Positions 47,671 to 60,985 of a DNA stretch of 64,000 bases are shown one piece after another. Within the stretch, counting starts at the first letter, position 1. Every line of letters begins with the position of its first letter. The notes under the pieces were generated by a model, which saw only the letters and a program-made list of their open reading frames with translations, had not been told where the DNA came from and did not search any database. Position numbers and translations under genes: made by a program. The DNA comes from the human T2T-CHM13v2.0 reference genome, Homo sapiens: the NCBI RefSeq assembly GCF_009914755.1, contig NC_060934.1. One strand, 5' to 3'.

Positions 47671-48855
47671 TGGAGATAACTACCGACTCTTGTTAACCAC
47701 TTTTCATGGACAATTTCAAGGGGATTTGTCTACCCATCACCAAGCCCTGAATTATCAGGTAGACCGCAAGTTTCCAGAGGGAAGAAGGCATGGGTTTTTG
47801 TACCTCTCCTGTGACCTAGCCAAGCCTCTGGAAGAGAATATGTACTTGAGAAATATTAGGTCCCGTTCAAAAATAAATATTCCAAAGTAAGTAAATATTT
47901 AATACAGTAAACTGATCTTTGACAAAGGTGCCAAGAATACACAATGGGGGAAGGACAGCCTCTTCAACAAATGGCATAGGAAAAACTGGATATCCACATG
48001 CAAAAGAATGAAATTGAGCTTCCGTCTTACACTACTCACAAAAAATAACTTGAAATAGATTAAAGACTTCTATGTAAGACCTGAAACTGTAAACATGTAG
48101 AATAAAACCTAGGAGAAAGCTCCTTGACATTGGTCTAGGAAATGATTTTTTTGGATATGACCTCAAAAGCAGAGGCAACAACAATAACAAAAATAAACAA
48201 ATGGGATGGCATCAAACTAAAAATCTTCACAACAAAGGAACAATCAACAAAATGAAAAGGTAACTTATGAAATGGGGAAAATATTTGCAAACCATATGTC
48301 CCATTAGGATTTAATATCCAAAATACATCAGGAACTCCTCATACAACTCAATAGCAAAATAAATAAATAAATAAATAAAAATTAAAATTAAAAAAGCCCT
48401 CATTTAAAAAGGGGCAAATGACCTGAATAGACATTGTTCCAAAGGCAGATAAATGGCCAACAGGTACATGAAAGGTGCTTAGCATCATGAGTCTTCAAGG
48501 AAATGCAGATTGAAACCACAAGGAGATATCACCTCACCTCCATTAGGTTAAGCTGTTATCAAAAAGACAAGATTAAAAGCATTGACAAGGATGTGGAGAA
48601 AAGGGACCATTGTAAGCTACTGGTGAAAATGAAATTTGATAGGGCCAGTATGGAAAACAGTATGCAGGTTCCTCAAAATTTTGAAAATAGAACTATCTTA
48701 TGATCCAGCAACCCATCCTCTGGGTATATATCCTAAGGAAATAAAAACAGTAGCTTCAGATATATCTGCACTCCTATGGTCATTGCACCATTATTCACTA
48801 TAGCCAGGACATGGAAACAACTTAAATGTCCATTGATGAATTAATGGATAAAGAA

Positions 48856-48858
<3 letters not shown>

Positions 48859-48903
<45 letters not shown>

Positions 48904-48912
48904 TGTGTGTAT
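48859..48912. repeat. (TG)n microsatellite
   Basis: Read directly. Confidence 0.97.
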
Positions 48913-48919
48913 GTATATA

Positions 48920-48957
48920 TTAGGTTGGTGCAAAAGTCATTGCAGTTTTTGCCATTA
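48920..48957 (+). mobile_element. MADE1 (Hsmar1 MITE) half
   Basis: TTAGGTTGGTGCAAAAGTCATTGCAGTTTTTGCCATTA resembles the Hsmar1 terminal inverted repeat. Confidence 0.85.
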
Positions 48958-49113
48958 TATACAGTCATTAAAAAGAAGGAAAGAAGGAAATCGTGCCATT
49001 GGTGACAACATGGATGGACCTTGAGAGCATCATGCTAATAAGTGAAACAAGTCAGACAAGGAAGGAGAAATGTATAAGCTCACTTATATGTGGAATCTAA
49101 AGAAGTCAAACTT

Positions 49114-49555
<442 letters not shown>

Positions 49556-49734
49556 CTAGAGTTAATAATACTGTATTGTTTACCTGAAGGTTGCTAAGAG
49601 AGTAGGTCTTAAATGTCCTCAGTGCACACACACAAAGGTAACTATGTAAGGTGACTGATGTGTTAATGATTGTGACAATAATTTCACAATATATATGCAT
49701 ATGAAAGCATCACATTGTATCCCTTAAATACATA

Positions 49735-50602
49735 CAATTGTCCCTCAGTATCCACAGAGGATTGGTTCTAGAAACTTCTGCAGATACCAAATCCAAGGAT
49801 GCTCAAGTCCCTTATATAAAATGGTCCATATTTGCATGTAACCTATGCCCATTATCTCTAGATTACTTATAATACCTAACACAATGCAAATCCTATGTAA
49901 ATAGTTGTAATACTGTATTTAGGGAATAATGATAAGGAAAAAAGTCCCTACAAGTTCAGCACAGATGCAACTATTACAGGCCTAACTACATTTTCAAACC
50001 ATGGTTGGTTGAATCCATGGATGCAAAACCCATAGAAATAAAGGGTCAACTGCAGCCATCCCATTACTAGGCATATACCCAAAGGGTTATAAATCATGCA
50101 GCTATAAAGACACATGCACACGTATGTTTATTGCGGCACTATTCACAATAGCAAAGACTTGGAACCAACCCAAATGTCCATCAATGATAGACTAGATTAA
50201 GAAAATGTGGCACATATACACCATGGAATACTATGCAGCCATAAAAAAGGATGAGTTCATGTCCTTCATAGGGACATGGATGAAGCTAGAAACCATCATT
50301 CTGAGCAAACTATCACAAGGACAGAAAACCAAACACCGCATGTTCTCACTCATAGGTGGGAATTGAACAATGAGGACACTTGGACACAGGGTGGGGAACA
50401 TCACACATCGGGGCCTGTCATGGGGTGGGAGGAGGGGGGAGGGATAGCATTAGGAGATATACCTAATGTAAATGACGAGTTCACAGGTGCAGCACACCAA
50501 CATGGCACATGTATACATATGTAACAAACCTGTACATTGTACACATGTACCCTAGAACTTAAAGTATAATAGTAATAATAAAAAGAAATAGAGGGTCAAC
50601 TG
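49735..50602 (+). mobile_element. MER2 DNA transposon with L1PA inserted at its right end
   Basis: TA|CAATTGTCCCTCAGTATCCACAGAGGATTGGTTC...GAGGGTCAACTG|TA. Confidence 0.85.
50053..50584 (+). mobile_element. L1PA (L1PA4/5-like) 3' end, ~0.53 kb
   Basis: CAGCCATCCCATTACT..CCCTAGAACTTAAAGTATAAT; 19-bp TSD AGAAATA(A/G)AGGGTCAACTG. Confidence 0.92.
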
Positions 50603-53249
50603 TACAATTTTATCTGTCAATTATACCTCAGTAAAGCTGGGGGTGGGAGTCCAGGAATAAATAGATAAACAGATAAATAGTTTGAGTATCTCTTTTCTGG
50701 CAGGGGTCAGGGGCTGGGGAGAAGTGGAGATAGGGCAGAGAGCCTTCCCTTCTTTTCCATTTCAATTTCTCCTAGCCTAGAATCTTCTTTTCTTTTAGTA
50801 TTAATAGAAAGTTCTAATTTTTAATGAGGGCCATCCATGGTGCCTAGAGATAAAGTAGCCATGGTCATTCAAGAGTGATTCGTCCCCTTGTCCTCCAGAA
50901 AATAATCAAAGGCTTGAGATCAACCCCATGGGCCTATATCTACCCAATCAGAACAGTGAGTTATCACAGAGCCACAGCTCTATGAATGCTTTACTTGGAT
51001 ATTTTTTTCCAGAAGGAACATGTTTCTCACACAGCAATCTTAATAAATGCAAGTGGGCTCCATTTCTTGGCTTTGAGGTAATGAAAAATTAATTACCATA
51101 CTTTACAAGTAATAGATTCCACTCACAGCACTCCTTTAGAAGTAAATATATCATAAATAGTTACTATTATACCAATGGTTGGTGGATTGGGCAGCCTGTC
51201 GTCCATAAATCTTTTTTCAACAGACATGTTATTTCTTCTGGGGGAACAAACAGATTTGTTTTAGATCAGAGAGTCAACTGACAGATGGCCTTTGTAAAAA
51301 CACACCATTTGTATAAATAAATTATAGTTTCACTATGGTATTCTGCATTTGTGGATTTGGAAAATCAATGCCCCCATTCTCCAGACTGGGCCTAAACTGT
51401 AAAGAGCAATTTTGTTTAGGTGTGAGGTCACATTGCACAGATCTGCCAACACAGATGCTAAAGTCCAAACTCTCTGGATACTTGCTGCCACTTCTCATCA
51501 CAATTGTCACAAAGAACTCTGCCTGGAGGTAACAGGATGATCTCCCAGAAAGCTCCGTAACCGATCAGAGCAAGTTACCAACTGGCACACTCCCCTTAGC
51601 TCTGGGCTCTGTTTCCATTAAACGTAATGATACCACGTGCCTTATTTTCCTAACCACAACTTTGCATAATTGGGACTGACAGTGTATTTGTCTTAAAAAG
51701 CTGAAACACTTCATTTTCTTTTACAATATAGTTCATCAGTTAAACGCTAAACATTCGGTAGATTTCTTTAAAATCCAAACCAGCCCTAACTCTGAGCACA
51801 CTGGAATCTCAGTCATTACTCATCTTACAAGGTATACACATGTAACATATGCATCAAATATTTGATTCATATATAAATGTACATATCTAAATATGCATCT
51901 ATACACACACATACCTACTCATGCAAATCCCCTTTCCCAGAACCAAAGGGTCAAGACTTAGTATCAAAAAAGACATAGTTTGTCACTGTTTTTAAGAACC
52001 AGGACTAGTAAAATGTTTCTTTTGCTAGGAGACCAAGACATTCATTTTAGCCAGAAATTATAAGCATAGTCTTTGTTGGCCTAATGATTGCCTGCGTGTC
52101 CTTTTTTTTTTAAGGATATTATTCCCCCTCCACACATGATTAAGATCCTAAAGTCATCAGTCGTGATCAAGGAAATAAAAGTTTAACACCAATCATGTTC
52201 ACTATTCAAAATATAAAAACAGGAAAGACTTTGTAAGTTTCCAGCTTAAACAAAAATTTATGTGTCAAATTGTCCAGTATTTTCCTAGCTACAACGTACT
52301 TTTGGACGCTGTGTTTATTCTTTCACAGGGTGGGATACTGTTAGCCTGGTGCTTTGTCTGCATTCATAACCTCAAGCTCCCACATTGTTATTTAGAGTTA
52401 TACCAGTTGGTGTCTTGATAAAATTAATACAGTGTCTAGAGTTCCTAACTTACATCCAAAGAAGTGCATAAACCAATGATTTCCATCTGTTTCTATGACA
52501 CTCCCAGGGAATCTCAGGTTACTTCAAAGGAGATCAGAAATTCCCAAATAAAATTAATTTAGATCTACAAATCTTACGCATATACTTACATATGCCAGAT
52601 ATAAATATATACCTACATGCACATAGGTAAATTCTGGAAGATGCAAAGTCAGGAAATTACTAAGGTAATTGCATATTAAGATCCTAGGAGGGTAAAATGA
52701 TCACAAATTATAATATGTATCGTAAACTGATTAGAACTAATCATGAAAAATAAAAGTCCACTCAGTTTACACAAAATCACAAATTTGGATCAAGAAAAAG
52801 GGTTTGGGGGGTAAATCAATGAAGCTATTTTTGAAGTAGATGATTTTGTGGATGAATTACTAGCAACCCAATAGGATACAAATCTGGTTGGATGACTGAT
52901 TCATTTGATTCTTTTTTTTTTTTCATCTCTAAATTATGCTACATGCCTCTCTCTAAATGGAGAAGTGCTTCATCCTGCATCTCAATAAAATTATTAAAGA
53001 CATGTTTGCTGTAATGGAGTCAACTCACAATCAATACCTGTATTCATAATATTATGCACACATACAGGTCAAGGGTTAAGAAAATGTTTTCAGTGCAACT
53101 GTAATCAACCAACCCTCCTGTAATTAGGCTGTTTGCTGACTCCTTAGGGACATTTATTGGGAGGGGCCCAAGGGCCCCTCTTAGACTCAGATCATGTGAC
53201 TGAGTGCAAAATTCCTTTGCTTAAAACAAATGCACTTCTCCACCTTCAG

Positions 53250-53465
53250 ATTAAGGCAGTGATTAAGAGCATGGATCTGCCACTTCCTAACTCTATAACT
53301 GTGGGAAAGTTTCTCATCCACTCCCTGCCTCAGTCTGTAAAAAGGAGAAAATAGTGCTTGCCCCATACAAGTGTTGAAAGGATTAAATAAGTTAGGATAA
53401 AGTGCTTAGTACAGTGCACATAGTAAACATTCAATAAGTGTAAGCTCTTATCATTCTTTATTATT
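53250..53465 (+). mobile_element. MIR
   Basis: CTGCCACTTCCTAACT..GCCTCAGTCTGTAAAAGG..AAAGTGCTTAGTACAGTGC..CATTCAATAA. Confidence 0.75.
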
Positions 53466-55549
53466 CAACTTGTCAGAGGTTCCCCGAGCTAGAGACCACT
53501 GCGGAACTCTAGATTACTTATCAACTTATGATCATGTTGACTTTTTAAAATGTATTTTAATTTTATATAATATTATATGATACTATCTCAGTGTTAAATT
53601 TTTATGTGTTAAATGTTCGGTATTAAACACACATAATTCAACTAGATCTGCATATTAAGTGGCATATTTGTCCCCTATACATCCTGAAAAGTTTGGAATT
53701 GGCGGAAACTGCATTGACTGGGTATCTGGACATGCATTGGAGGATCTCCCACTAATGTCCTGCGAGGCCATGGCTGAGTCATTTCACCCTTCCAAATACC
53801 AGATTTCTTCCTATAGCAAAGGTTTCCACTAGGTGAACTCTAAGAACCCTTTTATCCTAAGAATCAGAGTATTTTGAAGCTGACCTCTTCCTTGATTTTC
53901 TGAGTTGTGACAGCATCATCTGTCTGAAGAAACCAACCAGTATGAAATGGGAGAATCCTAACCAGTAAATTTACTAGATCCAGCCTCTCTCAGGATAGCA
54001 CATAACAAAATGCTAGAATGAACTGTTATATAAAATTCACATAAAAATGACCACATATGCCACTTTTATTGGGAAATTACAAGGAGAATGTGAATCTAAT
54101 ATCTACTGATGAATTATTCAACTATATTTCAGTCAGCCTGGCTGACTGGATGACAGAGTATGAGTATTTTTCAAGCACTCATAGAAAACTCCTGAACTCT
54201 CTTGAATGTTGGCTTGATGGTTATTTCTGGTGAAGAATGGACACCTGAAGGTATAAGAAGAGAGACCCTTTCTTTAGGAATGGGAAAGGACATCATTATG
54301 GGATGCCCCAGGGGATCATTTGAAACCCTTTAAATATACATCTTGGGGAAAGAAGACTTTATCCTGACTGGATATCTGACCTGGAAAATACCTTCCAAGA
54401 CAAAGAACAGTGAGGTCATACACAGAGGGCGTGAAAGGCTTAGGAAAAGAGTAAAGGAAGCCCCAAGAAACAGAGACTGTTGAGTCCAGGGGAGTTTGAG
54501 AAGCCATAGGAGACTGAAATAGAGGCTTATGCATATGTTGATGATATATGCGTGATTTGGAGGAAGTCAGAGAGAAACATGGCTGATTTCTCAGCAAATA
54601 CACTTTAAAATGCACATGTTCTAAACCTAACCCGCTATCTATAAACGCCAGCAATAGCCATGATTAACTAACTAGTAGAGACGCAGAGGGTGGTAGGCAT
54701 GAGTTCTTCCCACTCAGGCACTGGGAGGCTTTCAGTCACTCCAAAGTCCCCACTGCCTAAATAGTTACAAGTTTGTAGTAGCAAATATACACAATATTAC
54801 CAAATGTAACAGCTTTAAAAATCAGCCATTTGGCCAAGGCTGGAGAATTCTGTTTGCACCGGTTTCTCTTTTTGGAAGGGATCAAAATGTTGCCTCTCAC
54901 AGTCCTTTGACTGTAGGAGAAATCAGAGGAAACCTGGATGGTCCACAGCAAGTTAGTATTTCCCACTGAAATAAACACATTCTTTTGACTCCCCTCCAGC
55001 CATGGAGCCCTGGCCAACAACTCACAATACAAAGCCGAGACTGGCTTCCACTAGGAACACAGCAACTGCTAATCCCCATTATCACACCCGACAGTGTCCA
55101 CCACACCCCCATAAAGATGCATTTTCTAGTAACTAATAAAAACTGGTCCTGAAGACAATAGCCTCGCGCTCATCTAAATACCCGTTGGGATATTGCAAAT
55201 TAACACCTTGTAAAGCAACCCAATTAAAAATTATGCCCATACACACAGTCTCACCCACCAAAACATACATCTGCCTCTCCAAATATTATGCAACGCTGGA
55301 TTCTAAATCGGTCTTAATTTCTAAAAAGCCTACAGGCACGGATATAAATTCTCAGCTCTCGTGGCTGTGGCCGCCCTATGCACTCTTCCCAGTGGTGGAC
55401 ACAAACGTTAATGTACTTGTTATTATTTAAGGACACAAAAATATAGAAGGTGGCATTTTTCGCTTTCCCCTTCGAAGACTCTCCCCAGAGCTGCCAGATG
55501 AACGCCCACGCCACCTTCTCCCACCAAAGGTGGATCCAGCTAACAGGAG

Positions 55550-57320
55550 ACTGGATCGCGACCATAGCGCGTTTGTGCCCAGTTCTGGGGAAAGCCTCAT
55601 GTTAGCGAGTGGCCCTCGGCTCGTCTCGCAGATCGGCCAAGTACGCGGAGGCCGCGCGGTTTCACCATTAATACTCCTGAAGGACAATAGCTCATCAAGC
55701 CCCACCGAAAGCCCCGGACCCGTCGCGGAGCCTGGGCTGGCGGGGGATGAGGCTGAGCAACTCCTCCTAGAGGTGGTTATGTGGAGAAGGAGCAATCCCT
55801 TCTCCCTCCTCCTCCTCCCCCCGCTACTATCCGCGGCCCAGAGAACTGCCGCTTGCCGCCATTGACACGCACAGATAGAACCCAAAGAAAGGCAAAGAGT
55901 CCTGCCCGGCACCGGCGCCGCGTGGGCCAAACCTGCGCCCGTGGAGGGGCGCGCAGAGGGCACCGGGCGCCGGGAGCAGGCGGCGCAGCACCAGGTGAGC
56001 CCGCCATGGCGATGGCATTATTGTTTAGGGTGCTCCGGGGTCTGGAAACAAAACGCGCCGCCGGGGCAGTGCAGGGGCCGGAGAGAACCACCTCTGCCTC
56101 TCCCCCGAGCCCCTGCGGGCGCACCCTCGATAGCCGACCCACCCTCTGCAAAAACAAATTCTTAAATCCAGCTGCCCAACTTGCTTCCTTGGGCGATAAA
56201 GGGGGGGCTGCTAAAGAAGTGGTCAAATTCCTGCGGCCAGCGAGGGGCCGGGGGCGTCGAGGGTACTGAGAGGGGAAGGAGGAGGGATGCGAGGTTCAGC
56301 AGCGGGCCCCAGGCGAGGCTGGACCCGGAGGAAGCGGAGGTCTCCTGGGAATGCGGAGTTTCGGGCGCAGGAGCGGGAGGACGGAGGCGCCCGGCCGCCG
56401 ATGGGCACGGGGCGATGGGTGGGGGGCTGCGCAGGGCCCGAGGGAGCCCGGGGAGGGCCGCTCGGGGGCCTCTGAAGGTGCCCGGGCAGGGCGCCGGCGG
56501 CTCCAGGCTGACAATGGAGGGGGCGCGGAGCAGCCGGGCGGAGGTTAGGGACCCGAGTCCGGGGGCGGGCCGCGCCGGGGAAGGTCAGGTCGGGGACGCC
56601 GGGTGGCGGGGCGAGGGCTGGGGGTTGCTGCGCGGACACCCGGGCGCCGCGGGCGGGCGTGCGCCCCGGGGCCGGCGCGGAAGAGGGCGCGAGGCCGGGC
56701 ACTCCCCTTCGGTTCCCTTTCCGGGGCGCCCGGTGCCGACGCGCGCTGCGCTTTCACCGGGAAATGGCGGCCCGGCCGTGGCTCGCCTGGGCAGTCTGGC
56801 TCCCGCTTTGCGCGGGAAAAAATAATAATAATAAAAATATCGAAAAAGGGAATAAAAGTAAACTGGCTGCGGCGCAGGAAAGGGCTCTGCCGGGCGCCGG
56901 ACGCCGTGCGTATCGCTCGCGGGGCGCGGCGGTTGGGGACCAGCCCTGCCTCCCCCGGCTCCCAGCCTCCAGCCCCGGCGCACCTCAGCCCCAGCCCGGC
57001 CAGCCCCCCGGATCGCCCGTGGGTGTCCTCCCCCGCCTTTCCTTGGGGGGGCGCCCTCAGTTCTTGCCCTCTTTGTTCCTTACAACAATGGCCAAAGGGG
57101 CATTGGTTCCCCAAGGGCCAAACGAGCTTCCTCCAGGAGTTTCCCGTCGCGTGCAGTGGACCACCGTGGGCCTGACTGAGGCCTGGTCCTTGCCAGGGTT
57201 TTTTGGCAACGGCCCTGGATGAGTGAAGGGATGAAAGGCGCGAGAAGAAATGGGCTGAGAAACCAAAGTGCGGGGCCCTGAGTGTTTGAGGGGACGCGAT
57301 GGGAACCGTGGCTCCGCTGC
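55550..57320. promoter_or_regulatory. CpG island / promoter
   Basis: Very high GC and CpG density compared with the CpG-depleted remainder; GC boxes (GGGGCGGG ~56562); GCCGCCAT YY1-like cores at 55855 and ~56001. Confidence 0.93.
55826..55994 (+). other. MACROH2A2: Non-coding first exon (5'UTR), probably of the macroH2A.2 histone variant gene; TSS approximate
   Basis: Strong donor CAG|GTGAGC at 55994/55995 inside the CpG island; no ATG in the exon. The gene name rests on my recall that GCACAGATAGAACCCAAAGAAAGGCAAAGAGTCCTGCCCGG...GGCGCAGCACCAG is the H2AFY2 mRNA leader; no coding exon is in the window to confirm. Confidence 0.65.
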
Positions 57321-58394
57321 CCTGATTTTAAGGGCAGTTACCCTGTCACAGCCACGCTGGAACTGAGGTGTCCTTCCAGCTTCTGTCCACCTCAGAGGAA
57401 TTCAAAACAAGGGCCCAGTTCTAAGCCCCACAGACCCCAGGATCCCCTAGGGGCCATTAGTCCACCGCGGCAAATGGTTTCCTCACTTTGCTCATTTGTG
57501 TTTGTTTTGAAATCCAATTGTCACCTCACTGGGCTGCACAGTTGCTACTGAAACGGTTCAATAGGTGAGAGAAAAAGAAAACATTATTAAGAGCGAGAAC
57601 GTGTCTTCGTGTGTGTTGTTTTGAACCACAAACTAAGCTACACATAATTCTCAATCCGTTTTAACACACTTTTTATTTTCAAACTAAATGTTAAGAGCTC
57701 CAAGATTTGGAAACATACTGGTGATTTTTAGAATTGTTTTAGCCTAAAATTACATATAAATAAATAGAGGCACTGCCCGGCGGAAAAGTTTATCTTGAGT
57801 CGCATAATTCACATCTTCATAACCCCTCTTTCCTGTAGCCAAATTTCCTTTTAAAACATGCCCAGTTCTCCTCTTCTCTGGTTTTTCCTATCCTACCACA
57901 GTTACACCTCACCTGGATCCATTAATTGTCAGACTTTACACATTATTAGTGGTTTCCTCTATATCAAAACTGCGTAAAAGAATTTACCTCCTTGAATCCG
58001 GAGTGTCCCTGTGATTCTGACCCTACTCCCTCACCATTCCATCTTCTGTCTGGTTCCCAGGATTTTTAAAGCGCCTCTGGTCTGCCATTTCCCAGTGGGT
58101 GGGACACCCTGCTAGCTATTGTCTGAGACAACCACATCTGTTTTCACTGCCTCCTGCCAGCAGAACAGGAGGTGAGTCCTGTCTTAGGCAACTTTAAATG
58201 AAAGGTATCTGTAACTTGTTACCGGGGAGGGATGTGCAAAAATTCAGCCAACTTTCTTAAGAATGTTTTTCAACCTTAAGAAATAACCTCCAAGTTAGAT
58301 GCAGTCTTGGTAAATGGAAAGTATATTGCACAGAGATTAACAAAGAACTTGTGGTTAGAGATCATTCAACAAACACTTATTGAGCACCAAGTCT

Positions 58395-58505
58395 TTTGTT
58401 GTTTGTTTTGTTGTTGTTTTGAGATGGGGGTCTCGCTATATTGCTCAGACTGGTCTCGAAATCCTGGGTTCAAGGGGTCCTCCCATCTCAGCCTCCTGAG
58501 TATAC
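58395..58505 (-). mobile_element. Alu monomer fragment within an L2 relic
   Basis: (TTG)n tail, GAGATGGGGTCTCGCTATATTGC; flanked by L2 end CATTCAACAAACACTTATTGAGCACC. Confidence 0.8.
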
Positions 58506-58619
58506 ACCAATTCTTAAACACCTCTAGATAGGGAAAGAAATGAAATATAAGGAAGTCATTGGGCCCTTCTCTCATAAAGCTTACAACCCCAAGCCTAGGA
58601 GATAAAATATACATGCAGG

Positions 58620-59160
58620 TAAAACAAGGTAAAAAGTGATTTTGGCAAGCTAGTGGGAAAACAGGTACTTTCATATACTGCTGACTGGTGTGTAAATTGA
58701 TATAACCAATTGGAAGAGCAGTTTGGCACTATAAAATTAATAATGCACACATTCTGTGACTCACCATTCCATTTCTCAGTATGTCACCCAAAGAAGCAGG
58801 CATCCGTGAGCTCAGCATGTATAAGGATGTTCATTGCAATTTTGGTCATTCTGAAGTAGAAAACAGCCTAACAGCCATCAACAGGGAATGGCTAAATAAA
58901 CTCTGGTGCATCTGTCTTCTGGAATATTAGGCAGCAGTTCAAAAGAATGAAGCAGATCTATACATACTGAGACAGAAAAAGATCACCAAGATGTACTATT
59001 AATGAAAAAAGCAAATTGCAGAACAGTACATACTATATGGTACTATTGATATTAAAACGATATAAAATTATACATCTCTATAAGTAAAAATTCATACAAA
59101 ATGGACAGAAAAAGTATAGAAGATGCCCACTAAGAGAGACAAGAACTAGAGGAATTGTCA
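58620..59160 (+). mobile_element. L1ME-like 3' relic
   Basis: AAACAGGTACTTTCATATACTGCTGA..GTGTAAATTG..GGAATGGCTAAATAAACTCTGG. Confidence 0.7.
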
Positions 59161-59188
59161 AGAAGGGCTTTAGCCATATCATTATTGA

Positions 59189-59455
<267 letters not shown>

Positions 59456-60764
59456 TAATGTATGTCTTGCTTGGATAACTAAATACAAGTAATAATTTTA
59501 AAGTGATTGATAATACATAATGATAATACATAATTAATACATAACGATATACACAAAAAATTTACTACAGTAGTTTGTAAAGGGAGAAGAGAGTTTTGGA
59601 CTTGAAGGGAGGGTGTTGGGCTAGGCTTCATAGAGAACGTGGCAGGATTTGGATGAAGAAGGGTAAGGGAGCGAGGCAGGTGGAAGGAAGCTGGATGCAG
59701 ATGCTGTGTTCCAGCTAGTCCTCATTCTTCAACATGATTATGAGATTCCCTTGCAAGGCTGAGAGTCCTGGCCTGGCCTACCCTGCCAAGGTTCAGGTTG
59801 AAGGATGAACTAAAAGAACCCTCACAATTTTTTTCATTGCCATTTAAGTCTGTGACTACCTTAAATTCTATATATAGAAGAAAGAGAAAAACGAGCCAGT
59901 AGAGAAGTATATGAGTTCCAATATAGTATTGGAAGATCATGTTTTTAAAAGGAGTGTAGTGAAATCTTGAAGATAGAATTTTTTTCCCCAATATACACTG
60001 GGATGTATATTGGGAATTAGGTTGGAGGGAAAGATAAGTGTTTGGGAGGATAATTCATTTCCCCCAAAAAATCACAAAAGAGACCTTTTGAAACAAAATA
60101 TTTAAGGCTGGTTTCATTTATTCAAACACTAGTTGAAGGAATATTTATTGAATATCAACTGTGACCTAACACTATGCTAGGTGGCATCTGGGGGTAAAAC
60201 ATGCAATAGCATTTTGGAAGAACAGCCCAGTTGCAGCAGTTGAGGTAAGGGGGCTGGTTCTAGTTTGGTCTCACAGGCCATGGACAAGTCATTCAATGAG
60301 CACGTTCCCTTCCAAGCCATTCCTTTCATTGTAGCTACATTTGGGTGGGGGTGGGGAGTGGGAGAATGCTAAATGATTGATCACTCAAGTCCCTTTCAGT
60401 CTTAGATTATGATTTTGTGAAATCCTGTGATTTCCAACATTGCAATGACTATGAATTCAGGCAGATGGAATTTGGAGACTACAGGATTAGACCGAGGGGA
60501 TCTGAAAGTGCCCAGCCTTGGGAAAAACAAAACTATTTGCTGTCATGAGGGTTCTCAGCAGATGATGTGGCTCTCAGGGTTTTCCTAGAGTTAAACTTTC
60601 ATTATTACCCCTTTACACACATACAACCTCAAGTACCGTACTAATTGTAGCGGTTGGTTTTGAAATAGAGTGGACAAAGAGGCAGAAATATGCCCAAGAA
60701 AATGTCAGACTGCATTTCATGAAAATAGTTCTCTATAATGATTTCTTTTGTGGAAATAAATCAC

Positions 60765-60985
60765 AGTAGTTAATGTTTATTAAATGTCTGCTACCTGCCA
60801 GGTACTGTTCAAGCACCTTACATGTATTAACCCATTTAATTCTGACAGCAGCCCTATAAGTAGGTACTATTACTACACCCATCACAGGAAAACGAAATGG
60901 TGGGGGGATGGTGAAGAACATGCCCCAAAGTCACCACACAAGGGACTCCAGGCCAGGCAGCATGACCCCAAAGCCCTACATCCTT
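60765..60985 (-). mobile_element. MIR
   Basis: TTTATTAAATGTCTGCTACCTGCCAGGTACTGTTC..AGTAGGTACTATTAC. Confidence 0.75.

Noticed and set aside
55427-57266. Overlapping 130-214-aa ORFs on both strands of the CpG island
   Set aside because: Expected from stop-codon scarcity in GC-rich DNA; low-complexity G/A/R/P content, many with non-ATG starts. Only the ATG at 56006 was kept as a hypothesis.
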